In this document: positions 48,169 to 58,677 of the stretch, one piece after another | Numbering within the stretch: the first letter of the stretch is position 1 | How the letters are laid out: every line of letters starts with the position of its first letter | NCBI GenBank assembly: GCA_963719495.1 | Contig: CAVRCI010000002.1 | Span: 764,516 to 828,515, forward strand | Source of the DNA: an uncultured Verrucomicrobiae bacterium | GTDB lineage: Bacteria; Verrucomicrobiota; Verrucomicrobiia; Chthoniobacterales; JAATET01 | DNA: 64,000 nucleotides | Reading direction: 5' to 3' | Notes under the pieces: model-generated | Database searches by the model: none | What the model was told of the DNA's origin: nothing | Seen by the model: the letters and a program-made list of their open reading frames with translations, nothing else | Position numbers and translations under genes: made by a program

Positions 48169-49506
48169 ATGCCGCTTAAGCTTTCTTTTCTCGTCGTGCT
48201 CTCGATCACGGTGATCGGCTGCGTCTCCGCACCCCCGAAACCCGAACTCGAAGCGGGTGCGGCGACGAAAAACCGCGCTGTCGAGACGGGCGAATTCTGG
48301 TGGGGAGTCTCGACCAGCGGCTACCAGACGGAGGATCGGGTGGCGAAACCGGGTGAGGCGGGATATTTCCAGACCGACTGGGATCTCTACATCGAGCGAG
48401 GGAGTGCGCCCGAGCGCGGGCAGGGGACCTTCTCGTGGACGGAGTTCGATCGGGATCTGCGGTTGCTCAAAGCAATCGGGGTGAATCACTACCGCTTCGG
48501 CGTCGAATGGGCGCGCGTCGAGCCGCGGCCGGGCGTCTACAACGAAAAGGCGATCCGGCATTACGTCGACATGGCCAGGCGAACCCGTGCGGCGGGCATC
48601 GAGCCGATCGTGACGCTTTGGCACTTCACGTTTCCGGACTGGTTGACGGACTTCGACAAGCCCGGGAAATCCCACTGGTTGCATCCGCTCGCGGATCGGC
48701 ATTGGCGCGAATACGTCACTCGGATGACGACCGAACTGGCTCCGACGGTCCGGATTTATTCCCCGCAGAACGAGCCGAACGGGATGTTGCCACTCTCGTA
48801 TCTGGCGGACCACTGGCCGCCGTCGGCGCTGCTGAATACCTTCGCGTATCGCCGGGCCCTCGACGCGGCGGTCGCACAGTTTCGCGACGCGGCCGAGATC
48901 ATTCGGAGCATCCGCGGCGACGCCATCATCATGAGTGTTCAGGCCTTGCCCTGGTGGAAGCGCGACCGGATCTGGGACCCGACCGGGATGGTTTACAACG
49001 CCATGCGTCGGGTCTGCTACGACCATTTGGACGGCATTTATGACGTCTGCGACGTGATCGGATTCAATTACTACTACAGTCAGAACGCGACCTTTGCGGA
49101 CTTCTTCTACGCGGGTCGCGGCGAGAAGAGCGAAAGTTACACCCAGATGGGCTGGATCATCGATCCGGAGTCTTTCTACAAGCTCATCATGGACGTCTGG
49201 GGTCGCTACCAGAAGCCGATGGCGATCATGGAGAACGGAATCGGCACGCTCAACGAGCAGAAGAAAATCAAATACCTCCGCGATCACATCAATCAGATGC
49301 GGCGAGCCATGGCCGACGGAGCCGACATGCGGGGCTACTTCGCCTGGACGCTCGTCGACAATTACGAGTGGCATGAGGGCTACGACGCGAACTTCGGACT
49401 CTCGATCATGGATCCCAAGACCAAGGAGCGAACGCTCGAACCCTCGGGTTTATTCTACCGCAACTTGATCCAGCGCTTCGGAAATCTCCGGACGCGCGTC
49501 CGGTAA
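48169..49506 (+). CDS. Glycoside hydrolase family 1, probable lipoprotein
   Basis: WGVSTSGYQTE, YRFGVEWAR, NEP, ENG, WTLVDNYEW; lipobox-like VIGC. Confidence 0.92.
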   Translation: MPLKLSFLVVLSITVIGCVSAPPKPELEAGAATKNRAVETGEFWWGVSTSGYQTEDRVAKPGEAGYFQTDWDLYIERGSAPERGQGTFSWTEFDRDLRLLKAIGVNHYRFGVEWARVEPRPGVYNEKAIRHYVDMARRTRAAGIEPIVTLWHFTFPDWLTDFDKPGKSHWLHPLADRHWREYVTRMTTELAPTVRIYSPQNEPNGMLPLSYLADHWPPSALLNTFAYRRALDAAVAQFRDAAEIIRSIRGDAIIMSVQALPWWKRDRIWDPTGMVYNAMRRVCYDHLDGIYDVCDVIGFNYYYSQNATFADFFYAGRGEKSESYTQMGWIIDPESFYKLIMDVWGRYQKPMAIMENGIGTLNEQKKIKYLRDHINQMRRAMADGADMRGYFAWTLVDNYEWHEGYDANFGLSIMDPKTKERTLEPSGLFYRNLIQRFGNLRTRVR

Positions 49507-49793
49507 GCGCGCGTGGATGACGGGCACTAGTCTGCCCGCAGAAACGGTGGTGCGAATTCGCGGTTCGGGGCGGCGTCGGGCGCGGCCTCGTTTCGGAGGG
49601 TCAGGGAGGGCGCGCCGTGCGTCCTGAGGCTTTCAGGTAGTTTCGAAGGGATCGCTGGCGCGATTTCGAGTCCATTCGTCCCGTGCAGTTGGGGATAACT
49701 TCGATTTGCGGCGTGATTGTTTTAATCCGTCGGAAGTTTTCCCGTTGTTATTCACATTCCTCCAAACGCCTCGACCGGAACGAATAACCAGTA

Positions 49794-49821
49794 ACCTCAT
49801 ACAATGTATGTCATGTATAGT
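49794..49821 (+). other. dif (XerC/XerD chromosome dimer resolution) site
   Basis: ACCTCATACAA-TGTATG-TCATGTATAGT has the 11-6-11 layout, matches B. subtilis dif at 8/11 in each arm, is intergenic and lies within the GC-skew switch. Confidence 0.75.
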
Positions 49822-49848
49822 GGACTTCAGGAAGTGCTGATGAGGACG

Positions 49849-50502
49849 TTACGGCGACGAGCCGCCTTGGTTCTCCGTCAGTTCGGATAACGCGAGTCCG
49901 AGGTTTGCCCGCGCCCGGTGGCATCCTGTCACCATGGTCCGAAATGGTCGCCATCGAGCCGGACGCAGGACGAGATGTCCGAGCAATCGGAGTGTTCCCT
50001 GGATCGGGCGTCGCGTCGCGTCGGCGAGAATTTCGGCCGGAACGACCAGGCTGGAGTTCGCGTCGTCGCTGATGACCCGGAGAACGAACGCCGGAACGCC
50101 GTGATCGCGACAGACCGCGAGGATGGTCTCGGTCTCCATGTCGACGGCCTCGCCACCCGTGCGATCCGCGAAGGCTCGTTTGGCGGCGGGGTTCTCGAGG
50201 ATTCGGTCGCTTTCGACCAACCGGACCGTTTTCACGGAGTCGAGACCGGAGATGCCTGCGAGTTCGCGCTTGGTCGTGGTGATCAGATCTCCGACTTCGA
50301 GCCCGGTCGCGAGTCCTCCGGCGAATCCGGAGACGATCACGTGCGAAAAAATTTCCGCAGCTAGCGCCGATTCGACGCACCGCCGGGCTGCTTTGGCCCC
50401 GACTCCCGTGTGGAGGCAGCGGATTTCCGTGGTTCGATTACCAAGCTGCGAAGCTCGGAAGGCCGCACTCTCGAACGGCACCGCGAACGTGACGAGAATC
50501 AT
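49849..50502 (-). CDS. Nucleoside phosphorylase-family protein (HpnG-like)
   Basis: TGVG, SGFAGGL, AVDMETE, LRVISDD. Confidence 0.8.
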   Translation of the reverse strand: MILVTFAVPFESAAFRASQLGNRTTEIRCLHTGVGAKAARRCVESALAAEIFSHVIVSGFAGGLATGLEVGDLITTTKRELAGISGLDSVKTVRLVESDRILENPAAKRAFADRTGGEAVDMETETILAVCRDHGVPAFVLRVISDDANSSLVVPAEILADATRRPIQGTLRLLGHLVLRPARWRPFRTMVTGCHRARANLGLALSELTENQGGSSP

Positions 50503-51014
50503 GGCGCGGGTTGGCGGGCGATCGGTTTCGGGTGGATTTCGACAACGAAAATCGCGGAGTCCCCTGCCCCGCCGGTTGTCTCGGAGGCTGGCGTCTGTCC
50601 GGTGACTTTCTCGAGGAAGATCGCGCTTCGATCGCTGGGAACCATTGCCGTCCATCGGCGAACCGGTTCGGATTCGTCCGATGTCTCGATGACGGTTGCT
50701 CCAGCTTGCCGTGCGGCACCGAGAAAGTGCTCTACCTTGTCGGGAACGTCCGCCGCTTCGAGGACGATCGTGCGGGTGGGATCGAGCTCGGAGGTGGTCT
50801 CCGCGAAGGCCTGGTTCGCGATGGATTCAAGCGAAATTTGCAGCGGGGCCGAGGCGGCGGGGTCCGCTGCCTCGACTCGGGCTGGTGTCGGCTGCTGGGG
50901 CGTTCGGAAATAATAGCCGATCGCGACTCCGGGGATCACGAGAGCCAGCAGCGCGATGGCTACAAGGATGCCGACTTGCGGCGAGAGTTTGAAGGGCGGT
51001 TGTTCTTCGGACAT
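50499..51014 (-). CDS. Hypothetical membrane protein
   Basis: One N-terminal TM helix; ATGA-coupled to the downstream gene. Confidence 0.65.
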   Translation of the reverse strand: MSEEQPPFKLSPQVGILVAIALLALVIPGVAIGYYFRTPQQPTPARVEAADPAASAPLQISLESIANQAFAETTSELDPTRTIVLEAADVPDKVEHFLGAARQAGATVIETSDESEPVRRWTAMVPSDRSAIFLEKVTGQTPASETTGGAGDSAIFVVEIHPKPIARQPAP

Positions 51015-51089
51015 CGGGGCTTAGCTAAGTGGAATCGTGCGCTCTAAGGCAATCGAAACTATCCGGCGGTCTCGGTGAGAGACAATACC

Positions 51090-51152
51090 AACGGGGCGAG
51101 GACGTCTCGTCCTCGTGCTTGAAACGAGAGGGCGAGACGCCCTCTCCCCGTT
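51090..51152. repeat. REP-like inverted pair
   Basis: AACGGGGCGAGGACGTCTCGTCCTC ... GAGGGCGAGACGCCCTCTCCCCGTT. Confidence 0.6.
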
Positions 51153-51363
51153 TGGCCGATCGATTCCACCGACTGAAATGGCGATGCTTCCATTCTCACA
51201 TCGCCGATGAATCAGACGTTTGGATTTTAGATTCGCATCGGGTTTCAGCCGGTTTTGGGTTGGTGATCGGCTGGAAGCTGATGGCACGGGCTTGGGGTAT
51301 TCGGACCTCTTCCAGACCATCGGCTGTGGATTCTACTGGTTGCGCGGTAGCCGCCACAGTCTC

Positions 51364-51969
51364 CTAAAGACTGCGACGTCCGGCCAGGGCGCGTTGCAGG
51401 GTGAGCTGGTCGGCGTGTTCGAGGCCTCCTCCGGCCGGAAGTCCCTGGGCAATGCGCGTGACGGGAACGTGCGTGGGACGGAGAACGTCGGCCAGATAGT
51501 TGGCGGTCGCCTCTCCTTCGACGTCGGAACTGAGGGCGAGAATGATCTCGGTGGGGCGCTCGGATTCGATTCGGGCGAGCAGGGATTCGATTCGGAGGTC
51601 TTCCGGACCGACGTTATCCAGCGGCGCAAGCCGACCTCCGAGCGTGTGATAGTTTCCTCGGAACGACGCGGTTCGCTCGATGGGCAGGACGTCGGTGGCG
51701 GTTTCGACCACGCAGATCTCGCGGCCGGCGCGCTCGGGTTCCGTGCAGATTTCACAGAGCGGGGCGATGGAAAAGAAGCCGCAACGTTCGCAGGATCGGA
51801 CCTTTTCGGCGGCATGGCCGAGGGCGGCGGTGAGGCCCTCGGGCCGGGCGTCCGGATTCGTGGTGAGCCAGAGGGCGATGCGTTCGGCGCTGCGCGGGCC
51901 GATGGACGGGAGTCGGCGAAGTTGCCTGGCAAGCTCGCGGAAGGGCTCGGGGTAGTCGACGGATCTCAC
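51364..51969 (-). CDS. recR: Recombination mediator RecR
   Basis: LPSIGPRSAER, CERC..CEIC, TOPRIM DVEGEATA, TRIAQGLP. Confidence 0.95.
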   Translation of the reverse strand: MRSVDYPEPFRELARQLRRLPSIGPRSAERIALWLTTNPDARPEGLTAALGHAAEKVRSCERCGFFSIAPLCEICTEPERAGREICVVETATDVLPIERTASFRGNYHTLGGRLAPLDNVGPEDLRIESLLARIESERPTEIILALSSDVEGEATANYLADVLRPTHVPVTRIAQGLPAGGGLEHADQLTLQRALAGRRSL

Positions 51970-51976
51970 GCGGGAA

Positions 51977-53248
51977 TCACGCGATCTCGACGAGCGACTG
52001 AGCGGAACTGGAGCGCACGGGCTCGCCGCGGCGCGCCCGCTCGGCGCGCAGGATAAAATTATCGAGTGCCGGGTCGGGTAGGCCGCGGGTGCGGGCCTTT
52101 TCGAATTCGGCCAGTGCGGCTCCCCAGTTCTGCTCGCGGTAGTAGATGGCACCGCGCCAGAAGTGGTCGCGGTTTTTGACGCCTTCCGGGGAGAGCGTTC
52201 CCTTGGGAGCGAGCAGCTCGTAGAGCTCGATCCGCTCGTTGTTTTCCCGACGGATGAGGTCGATTGGGCGGGCTTCGAATTCATCGCGGGCGTCGGCGAG
52301 GGTATTTGGGCCGATGAGAATGCGGCAACCGTAGTTCGCGCAAGCGGCGCAGAGCCGGCGGGCGAACTCGACGTTCGGACCGGCGACGCTGAAGGCACCG
52401 AGGCGGCTGCCACCGTAGGCGCCGCCGATCATCGCTCCGGACGTGATCCCGACGCGGAAGTCGAGGCGCTGATGCCAGCGCGTGTCGCACTCGCGATTCA
52501 CCGCATCGATCCGGTTGGCGAGCTCCAGCGCGGCTTTGCAAGCGGCGGCGGCGTGGTCTTCCCGGGCGAGTGGCGCTCCGAAGACGACGCGCAGGCTTTC
52601 GCCGTTGCACTCGTCGAGGTAGCCGCCGACGTCGACGAGGTAATCGGAGGCCGTTTTGAGGTAGAGATTGGTGATCGCGACGTATTCGTCGGGTTCGAGA
52701 GATTCCGTCAGCTCCACGTGGTTGTGGACTTCGCAGACCAGCACGGTGGCTTCCTGGTCGACTCCGGCGAAGGAAAGCGGAACGTCCGAGTCGACGAGGC
52801 GGTGAAATTCCTTCGAGGAAAGGCGGTGTCCGAAGAGTCGCTGGAGGATCTTCTTGCGGGCTCCAGACTCGCTGCCGCCGTAGAAGGCGCCGATCGTGAA
52901 GCTCAGGATCACCGCCAGCACCGCCTGATACGGCGAAATGAATTGCCCGTAGAGCGCGAGGACGATCGCGCCGGAAAGAAGCAGGAAGGCCGTGGCTCCG
53001 GCGACCAGCGCTTTGCCGACCGGCCGGGAGACGTCGACCGTCGTCCAGGCAATCACGAAGGCCAGGGTGGCGGCCGCGGCGTAGGCCCAGCCGCGGTGGC
53101 CGAACGCCAGGCTGCCCTCGGGAGCGAAGCGGGTGAGCAGGTCGGCCGTGGCGACTTCCAGGGTCCGCAGCCAGCCGGAGGCGTCGAAGAGGAGGACGGC
53201 GCACGTCGCGACGACGCCGATGATGATCGTTGCTTTGAGGAGTCTCAT
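51977..53248 (-). CDS. Membrane protein with a degenerate class III cyclase domain and TPR-like tail
   Basis: Four hydrophobic segments; cyclase fold (VFGAP...HAAAAC..AL, RVGITSG) with non-canonical catalytic residues. Confidence 0.8.
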   Translation of the reverse strand: MRLLKATIIIGVVATCAVLLFDASGWLRTLEVATADLLTRFAPEGSLAFGHRGWAYAAAATLAFVIAWTTVDVSRPVGKALVAGATAFLLLSGAIVLALYGQFISPYQAVLAVILSFTIGAFYGGSESGARKKILQRLFGHRLSSKEFHRLVDSDVPLSFAGVDQEATVLVCEVHNHVELTESLEPDEYVAITNLYLKTASDYLVDVGGYLDECNGESLRVVFGAPLAREDHAAAACKAALELANRIDAVNRECDTRWHQRLDFRVGITSGAMIGGAYGGSRLGAFSVAGPNVEFARRLCAACANYGCRILIGPNTLADARDEFEARPIDLIRRENNERIELYELLAPKGTLSPEGVKNRDHFWRGAIYYREQNWGAALAEFEKARTRGLPDPALDNFILRAERARRGEPVRSSSAQSLVEIA

Positions 53249-54849
53249 TCGGAACCCGAAGAGCTTGCCGCGCCCGGCCGGACATTGCGATAGGATTCCA
53301 CGACCCATTCGCTCAGGACGCCATCCGGGTCGTCGGTCGCGCGGAGCGGAATCACGAATTGCGACTGGCCGCTGTTTTTCCGGATGAGCTGCAGCCCGAA
53401 TTGGTAGTCCTTGAAGAGCCGCTCGCAGAGGTCGCGCACGCCGGTGTCCTCCCGCACGGCCCGCTCGACGAGGGCCTGGGTGGCGGCCGGTTCGAAGGTG
53501 AGCGAGAGGTTGTATTGATCCTGAAAACGTTCGGCAAATTGGTCGACGATCGTGGCCAGCGAACGTTCTTTTTCCGCGTGCCCGGTCTCGAGGAGGGTTG
53601 CGAGAGACTCCGCCGGCTTCTCGACGAGCGAACCGGTCACCGCGAACGAGCGGACGCCCGAGTCCGGGAGTTCGTATTTGAAATCCCGCATCAGACGCTC
53701 GCAGACGGTGAGCAGCCCGCGGGCACCGGTCCGCTCCGATTCGGCGAGCGTGGCGATCCGCCGCATGGCATCGTCTTCGAAGAGGACTTCGATCCCGTAA
53801 GCTTGGAAGGCCCGTTCGTATTGCCGGATGATGCTGCCCTCGGATCGGCGGAGGATTTGGAAAAGATCGTCAGCCGTGAGCGAATCGCAAACCACCCGCA
53901 CCGGCAGTCGGCCGATGAACTCCGGCTCCATCCCATAGGCGACGAAGTCCCGCGTTGTCGCCTCCCCGAGCAGACTCTCGCCGTCGACGAGCGCGTTCGG
54001 CTCGGCTCCGAAGCCGACCCGCGATTGCTTGAGGCGCTCGCCCACCCGGTCGGAGAGTTTGTCGAAGGCTCCGCTCACGATGAAGAGGACGTGCCGCGTA
54101 TTGATCGTCTCGCGCTTGGGCTTCGCGCCACGACCGCCGCGCTGCATCTCGAAGGCGGCTTGGAGTTGCCCCTGAATGTCCATCGGGTTCTTCGCCGCCA
54201 CCTCCGTCTCTTCCATGAGCTTCAGGAGGGTCGTCTGGACGCCGCGACCGCTCACGTCGCGACCACCGCCATTGCCGGAGGCCGCAATCTTGTCGATCTC
54301 GTCGATGTAGATGATGCCGTGCTCCGCCAGCTCGATGTCGCCGTCGGCCTTGGTGACAAGTTCGCGAACGAGGTCCTCGACGTCGCCGCCCACGTATCCG
54401 GTCTCGCTGAATTTCGTCGCGTCGGCTTTGACGAATGGCACGCCGATGAGCTCGGCGATGTGTTTGACCAGATACGTTTTCCCGACGCCGGTCGGACCGA
54501 TGAGAATGACGTTCTGCTTCGCGTACTCGATCGACGCGTCTTCGTCCTCCTCGCGAATGCGTCTGGCGTAATGCGCGTGGTTGTAGTGATCGCAGACCGC
54601 GATGCTGAGGACCTTCTTGGCCTCGTCCTGCCGGATCACGAAGCGGTCGAGGTGGCGCTTGATGTCGCGTGGCTTGTAACCAAACTCGAAGACGTCGGTG
54701 GCCGGTTTGGCGGGCTCATCCCCGGCTTCGCCGACGGGCTCCGCGGCGTCCGGCGGAGCGACGACGTTCGGCCCGAAGCCCGAGCGAAGGAATTCGGTGA
54801 GTTTTTGTTGAATTTGCTCCGGGGTGAGGTTCGGCGGTTCCTGGCTCAT
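53245..54849 (-). CDS. ClpX-like AAA+ ATPase lacking the N-terminal Zn finger
   Basis: [37 protein letters not shown] loop, EFIGRLP, GARGL. Confidence 0.88.
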   Translation of the reverse strand: MSQEPPNLTPEQIQQKLTEFLRSGFGPNVVAPPDAAEPVGEAGDEPAKPATDVFEFGYKPRDIKRHLDRFVIRQDEAKKVLSIAVCDHYNHAHYARRIREEDEDASIEYAKQNVILIGPTGVGKTYLVKHIAELIGVPFVKADATKFSETGYVGGDVEDLVRELVTKADGDIELAEHGIIYIDEIDKIAASGNGGGRDVSGRGVQTTLLKLMEETEVAAKNPMDIQGQLQAAFEMQRGGRGAKPKRETINTRHVLFIVSGAFDKLSDRVGERLKQSRVGFGAEPNALVDGESLLGEATTRDFVAYGMEPEFIGRLPVRVVCDSLTADDLFQILRRSEGSIIRQYERAFQAYGIEVLFEDDAMRRIATLAESERTGARGLLTVCERLMRDFKYELPDSGVRSFAVTGSLVEKPAESLATLLETGHAEKERSLATIVDQFAERFQDQYNLSLTFEPAATQALVERAVREDTGVRDLCERLFKDYQFGLQLIRKNSGQSQFVIPLRATDDPDGVLSEWVVESYRNVRPGAASSSGSE

Positions 54850-54906
54850 TCGAAAAAGGTAGGCGGCAATCGGTGGCTGTCCAACGCGAGAGTCGGCCGC
54901 CGGGGA

Positions 54907-56694
54907 TCAGCCGCTGCCCATGCGTGCCTGGTCGACGAGCGATTCGAGGAGTTCCTTGATGCGTGAGCCGGTCGTTGTTTTGGATTTGGCGGCGGCGACC
55001 TTTTGCTGGAAGGCCTCCACGCCGACCGGGGTGACTTTGGCGGCCTCCGCTTCCAGATCTTCGTAAAGGGCGAAATCCCGCAGGTAGGGCTCCACCGCGG
55101 GCTTGAACGCGGTGATCCACGCGTAAGGTGCCGCGGGCTCGGCCTGCGAATAGGCTTTCAAAAACGGGGCCGCTTCGCGCACCTCGCCGAGGTCCCAATT
55201 CTTGAGACCGTAAGCGAGCAGAGCAAAGGCCTCGAAATTCGCGGGCGAGTAATTGCGCACCGTCCCGGGCGAAATTGCTCCTGGTTGCTTCATCAAACGA
55301 CCGAGTTCGACGAAGAAATTCGCCAGCTTCTGGTCCGCCGATCGTTCGCTGAACAGCCCATCGCCCTCGAGCGCCGAAAACGCCTCGACGGCCTCGCGCC
55401 TTTGTCCGGCTTGCAAGGCCGAAAGCCCCGCCAGCGCCCGCGCCCAATTCTCGCTCGGTTGCCGCCCATCGCTCTGCTCCGCCGCCAGATGGTAGGTTTC
55501 CCGAGCCTGCAAGAATTTTGCGGCCAGAAATTCCTCGCGTCCCGTCGCGATCGACTGGTTGAAACTCTCCACCGAATAAAGTCCCGCGTCCGCCTCGGCC
55601 TCGCTACGCGGAAAGACCGCGTCCCGGTAAAAGTAAAGCGCGATCCCGCCCCCCACGACGAGCAGCAGCGTCAGCATCCAGACGAGGCCCATGGCCGTTC
55701 GCGTCTGCTTCGACTCCACCTCGACGCGTTCCTTCTTCTTCATCGGCTCCCGCGCCCGCTGCAGCAACGTGTCCCGCGCGTAAGTCAAATGACCGATCAG
55801 TTCCTCGTAGGACCCATAGCGGTCGTCCGGGGCCTTCTGTAGCATCCGGTTGATCACGTAGGCCGTCTCGCTGGATACATCGGGCGCGAAAGCCTGCAGG
55901 CTCACGGCCTGACTTTTAATGTGCTTGAGCGCCACCATCGAAGCCGTCGAAGCCTCGAAGGGCGGGCGCCCCGCCAGCGCGTGAAACAAAGTCCCGCCCA
56001 GGCTGTAGAGATCGCTCCGAAAGTCCTCGGGACGGTTGTCCAATTTCTCCGGTGCGATGTAATAAGGCGTTCCCCAGATTTCCCCCCGCTCCTGCGCCTC
56101 CTCGATGAGCAGCAGCGCGAGGCCGAAATCCACGATCTTCGCCGTGTTCGCGTCCGCGAAGAGAATGTTACCCGGCTTCACGTCGCGATGCAGCAACCCG
56201 CGGTCGAGCGCCGCCTGTAGACCCTGAGCGATTTGGATTCCCACGCCCAGCACCTGAGCCTCCGACACTTTCCCCTGAAGCGTCATCAGGTCGTCGAGCG
56301 ACCCCTTCTCCACCAGCTCCATCGCCAGATAAAACTGGCCGTGGTCCTCGCCGAACGAAAACACCTTCACGACGTGCGGGTGATTGATCGAAGCCGTGAT
56401 CCGCGCCTCCTGTTCGAGCTTTTCCCAATCCGATTCCGTCGACCCCGCCTCCTTCTTGAGGATCTTGAGCGCCACCGGACGCTGCAAATTGAGATCCGTC
56501 GCTTTGAAGACCGACCCCATCCCGCCCTCGCCCACCAACTCGATGAGCGCGAAATTATTGAACTGCCGCCGCGCCCGCATCGCCTCCCCGCACGACGGGC
56601 AGGACACCTCCGAGAACGGCATCTCGTCCGTCACGTCGACGAGCTGCCCGCACGCCGGGCACGGCTCGATAATCTGGGGAGTCGCTTCCGACAT
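54907..56694 (-). CDS. Membrane Ser/Thr protein kinase with an N-terminal Zn ribbon
   Basis: CPAC..CPSC, GEGGMG, VALK, HRDVKPGN, DFG, GTPYYIAPE, TM helix and helical C-terminal domain. Confidence 0.93.
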   Translation of the reverse strand: MSEATPQIIEPCPACGQLVDVTDEMPFSEVSCPSCGEAMRARRQFNNFALIELVGEGGMGSVFKATDLNLQRPVALKILKKEAGSTESDWEKLEQEARITASINHPHVVKVFSFGEDHGQFYLAMELVEKGSLDDLMTLQGKVSEAQVLGVGIQIAQGLQAALDRGLLHRDVKPGNILFADANTAKIVDFGLALLLIEEAQERGEIWGTPYYIAPEKLDNRPEDFRSDLYSLGGTLFHALAGRPPFEASTASMVALKHIKSQAVSLQAFAPDVSSETAYVINRMLQKAPDDRYGSYEELIGHLTYARDTLLQRAREPMKKKERVEVESKQTRTAMGLVWMLTLLLVVGGGIALYFYRDAVFPRSEAEADAGLYSVESFNQSIATGREEFLAAKFLQARETYHLAAEQSDGRQPSENWARALAGLSALQAGQRREAVEAFSALEGDGLFSERSADQKLANFFVELGRLMKQPGAISPGTVRNYSPANFEAFALLAYGLKNWDLGEVREAAPFLKAYSQAEPAAPYAWITAFKPAVEPYLRDFALYEDLEAEAAKVTPVGVEAFQQKVAAAKSKTTTGSRIKELLESLVDQARMGSG

Positions 56695-56745
56695 CCCGAT
56701 CCTTTACCATCCGCCTTTCCGCGGAGCAATCGCCGAAACTTCCAC

Positions 56746-57660
56746 ATGCCAAACGACCCCATCAACGTCAGCGCCGAAAACGCCGGCACCCGCTTCGACC
56801 AATTCCTGTCCGACCGCCACGGCGACCTCTCGCGCTCCCGCATCCAGGCCCTCATCCGCTCCGGCCACGCCCGGCTCAACGGAGCCCCCTCCCGGCCCGC
56901 CGAGTCCCTGCGCGAAGGCGACCAGCTCACGATCGAAATCCCCGCCCCCGTGCCCGCCGAGCGCGCTCTCGCCGAGGAAATTCCGCTCGCCATTCTGCAC
57001 GAGGACGCCGATCTCATCGTCCTCGACAAACCATCCGGCATCGTCGTCCACCCGGGCGCCGGCAATTCGACCGGCACCCTCGTCAATGCCCTCCTCCACC
57101 ACTGCCGCGGCCTCTCAGTGATCGGCGGCGAGGAGCGCCCCGGCATCGTCCACCGCCTCGATAAGGACACCAGCGGCTGCCTCGTCGTCGCCAAAAACGA
57201 CCTCACCCACAACGCCCTCGCCGAGCAATTCGCCACCCGCACGGTCGAAAAAATCTACCTCGCCGTCGTCTACGGCGTCGTCCGTCGACCCAAAGGCGAA
57301 ATCACCGCCGCCCTCGCGCGCCACCCCGTTCACCGTCAGCGCATGGCCGTATCCGACCACGAATCCGCCCGCCCCGCGGTCACCGAATGGCGTCACCTCG
57401 CGACCGACGAAAAACTCTCCCTCATCGAGTGCCGCCCCCGCACCGGTCGCACCCACCAGATCCGCGTCCACCTCAAGCACATCGGCCTCTCCCTCGCCGG
57501 CGACCCCGTCTACGGAAAACGCGGTCCCTTCACCCGCCACCTCCTCCACGCCCACCGCCTCACCTTCGACCACCCCGGCACCGGCGAACGCCTCACCTTC
57601 ACCTCGCCGATCCCCGAGGATTTTCCGCTCGTCCCACCCGCCGAAGCCCCGCAGCATTAG
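56746..57660 (+). CDS. rluD: RluA/RluD-family pseudouridine synthase
   Basis: S4 domain, IVHRLDKDTSG, TGRTHQIRVH. Confidence 0.9.
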   Translation: MPNDPINVSAENAGTRFDQFLSDRHGDLSRSRIQALIRSGHARLNGAPSRPAESLREGDQLTIEIPAPVPAERALAEEIPLAILHEDADLIVLDKPSGIVVHPGAGNSTGTLVNALLHHCRGLSVIGGEERPGIVHRLDKDTSGCLVVAKNDLTHNALAEQFATRTVEKIYLAVVYGVVRRPKGEITAALARHPVHRQRMAVSDHESARPAVTEWRHLATDEKLSLIECRPRTGRTHQIRVHLKHIGLSLAGDPVYGKRGPFTRHLLHAHRLTFDHPGTGERLTFTSPIPEDFPLVPPAEAPQH

Positions 57661-57666
57661 CCAGGA

Positions 57667-58491
57667 ATGGACCGATTTCACAACGCCGTAGCCACCGCTC
57701 TCCCGCTCTTGGAAAAGCTCCGCGACGGCATGATCGTCTCGCCGCGCACCACCCGCCACGCCCTCCGCCGCCTGGAGCAGGCCGCCCACAACCTCCCAAA
57801 ATCGGCCCCAAGCGATTCAAAAAACCCCTCGCGGCCGTCGACTTCGGACCCCGCCACCTCCCCCACGGTCATCCCGACCCGCAAGTGGACGCTGGACGAC
57901 CTGCGCGCCGCGGCCGAACGCTGCGAAGAATGCGAACACCTCGTCCGCAACCGCACCCACGTCGTCTTCGGAATCGGCAATCCGAATGCCGAGCTCATGT
58001 TCGTCGGCGAAGCTCCGGGAGCCGACGAGGACGAGCAAGGCGAACCCTTCGTCGGCAAAGCCGGCCAACTCCTCACCAAGATCATCCAAGCCATGGGCGT
58101 CACCCGCGAAGACGTTTACATCGCCAACGTCCTCAAGTGCCGCCCCGACCTACCGGCAGGCGAATCCGGTAATCGAAAACCCAAGCCCGAGGAAATGTCG
58201 ACCTGCTTCCCCTGGCTCGCCGAGCAAATCAAACTCGTCCAACCCAAAGTCCTCGTAGCCCTCGGCGCCACCGCCGCGGCGGGTCTCCTCGACGACAAGC
58301 GCCCCATGAAGGAACTCCGGGGCCAATGGCTCGACCACGCCGGCATCCCCACGGTCGTCACCTACCACCCGGCCTATTTGCTAAGAAACCAATCCATCTC
58401 GGAGAAACGCAAAGTCTGGGAAGACATGCTAAACGTGATGGAAAAGCTAAGAATGCCCATCAGCGCCAAACAGCGGAAGTTTTTCACCTGA
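57667..58491 (+). CDS. Family 4 uracil-DNA glycosylase
   Basis: CEEC, VGEAPG, PFVG, NVLKCRP, TYHPAYLLR. Confidence 0.93.
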   Translation: MDRFHNAVATALPLLEKLRDGMIVSPRTTRHALRRLEQAAHNLPKSAPSDSKNPSRPSTSDPATSPTVIPTRKWTLDDLRAAAERCEECEHLVRNRTHVVFGIGNPNAELMFVGEAPGADEDEQGEPFVGKAGQLLTKIIQAMGVTREDVYIANVLKCRPDLPAGESGNRKPKPEEMSTCFPWLAEQIKLVQPKVLVALGATAAAGLLDDKRPMKELRGQWLDHAGIPTVVTYHPAYLLRNQSISEKRKVWEDMLNVMEKLRMPISAKQRKFFT

Positions 58492-58519
58492 AAAGCCACC
58501 ACGCACCCCTACCCCAAAC

Positions 58520-58627
58520 CTGTCATGTTGAGCGAAGCGAAACATCTCTGGCTTACACTAAGACACCGCCCGCCGCGCCAGAATACGGAGAGAAGCCAGA
58601 GATCCTTCGCTTCGCTCAGGCTGACAG
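58520..58627. repeat. Inverted REP-like pair (GTCAT.TGAGCGAAGCGAA family)
   Basis: CTGTCATGTTGAGCGAAGCGAAACATCTCTGGCT ... AGCCAGAGATCCTTCGCTTCGCTCAGGCTGACAG. Confidence 0.75.
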
Positions 58628-58677
58628 AGCAGGCTCAACGCCCAAAGCGCCGTCGAAAATCCGGGTTCATCAGTGAA

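Noticed and set aside
49690..49756. DnaA-box-like 9-mers (TGGGGATAA, TTATTCACA) suggesting oriC
   Set aside because: Only two imperfect boxes and no dnaA. The skew direction (G-rich to C-rich) and the dif-like site indicate the terminus instead.
51196..51357. 53-aa GTG-start ORF on the - strand downstream of recR
   Set aside because: The Shine-Dalgarno spacing is short, codon use is atypical and there is no recognisable motif; it cannot be supported.
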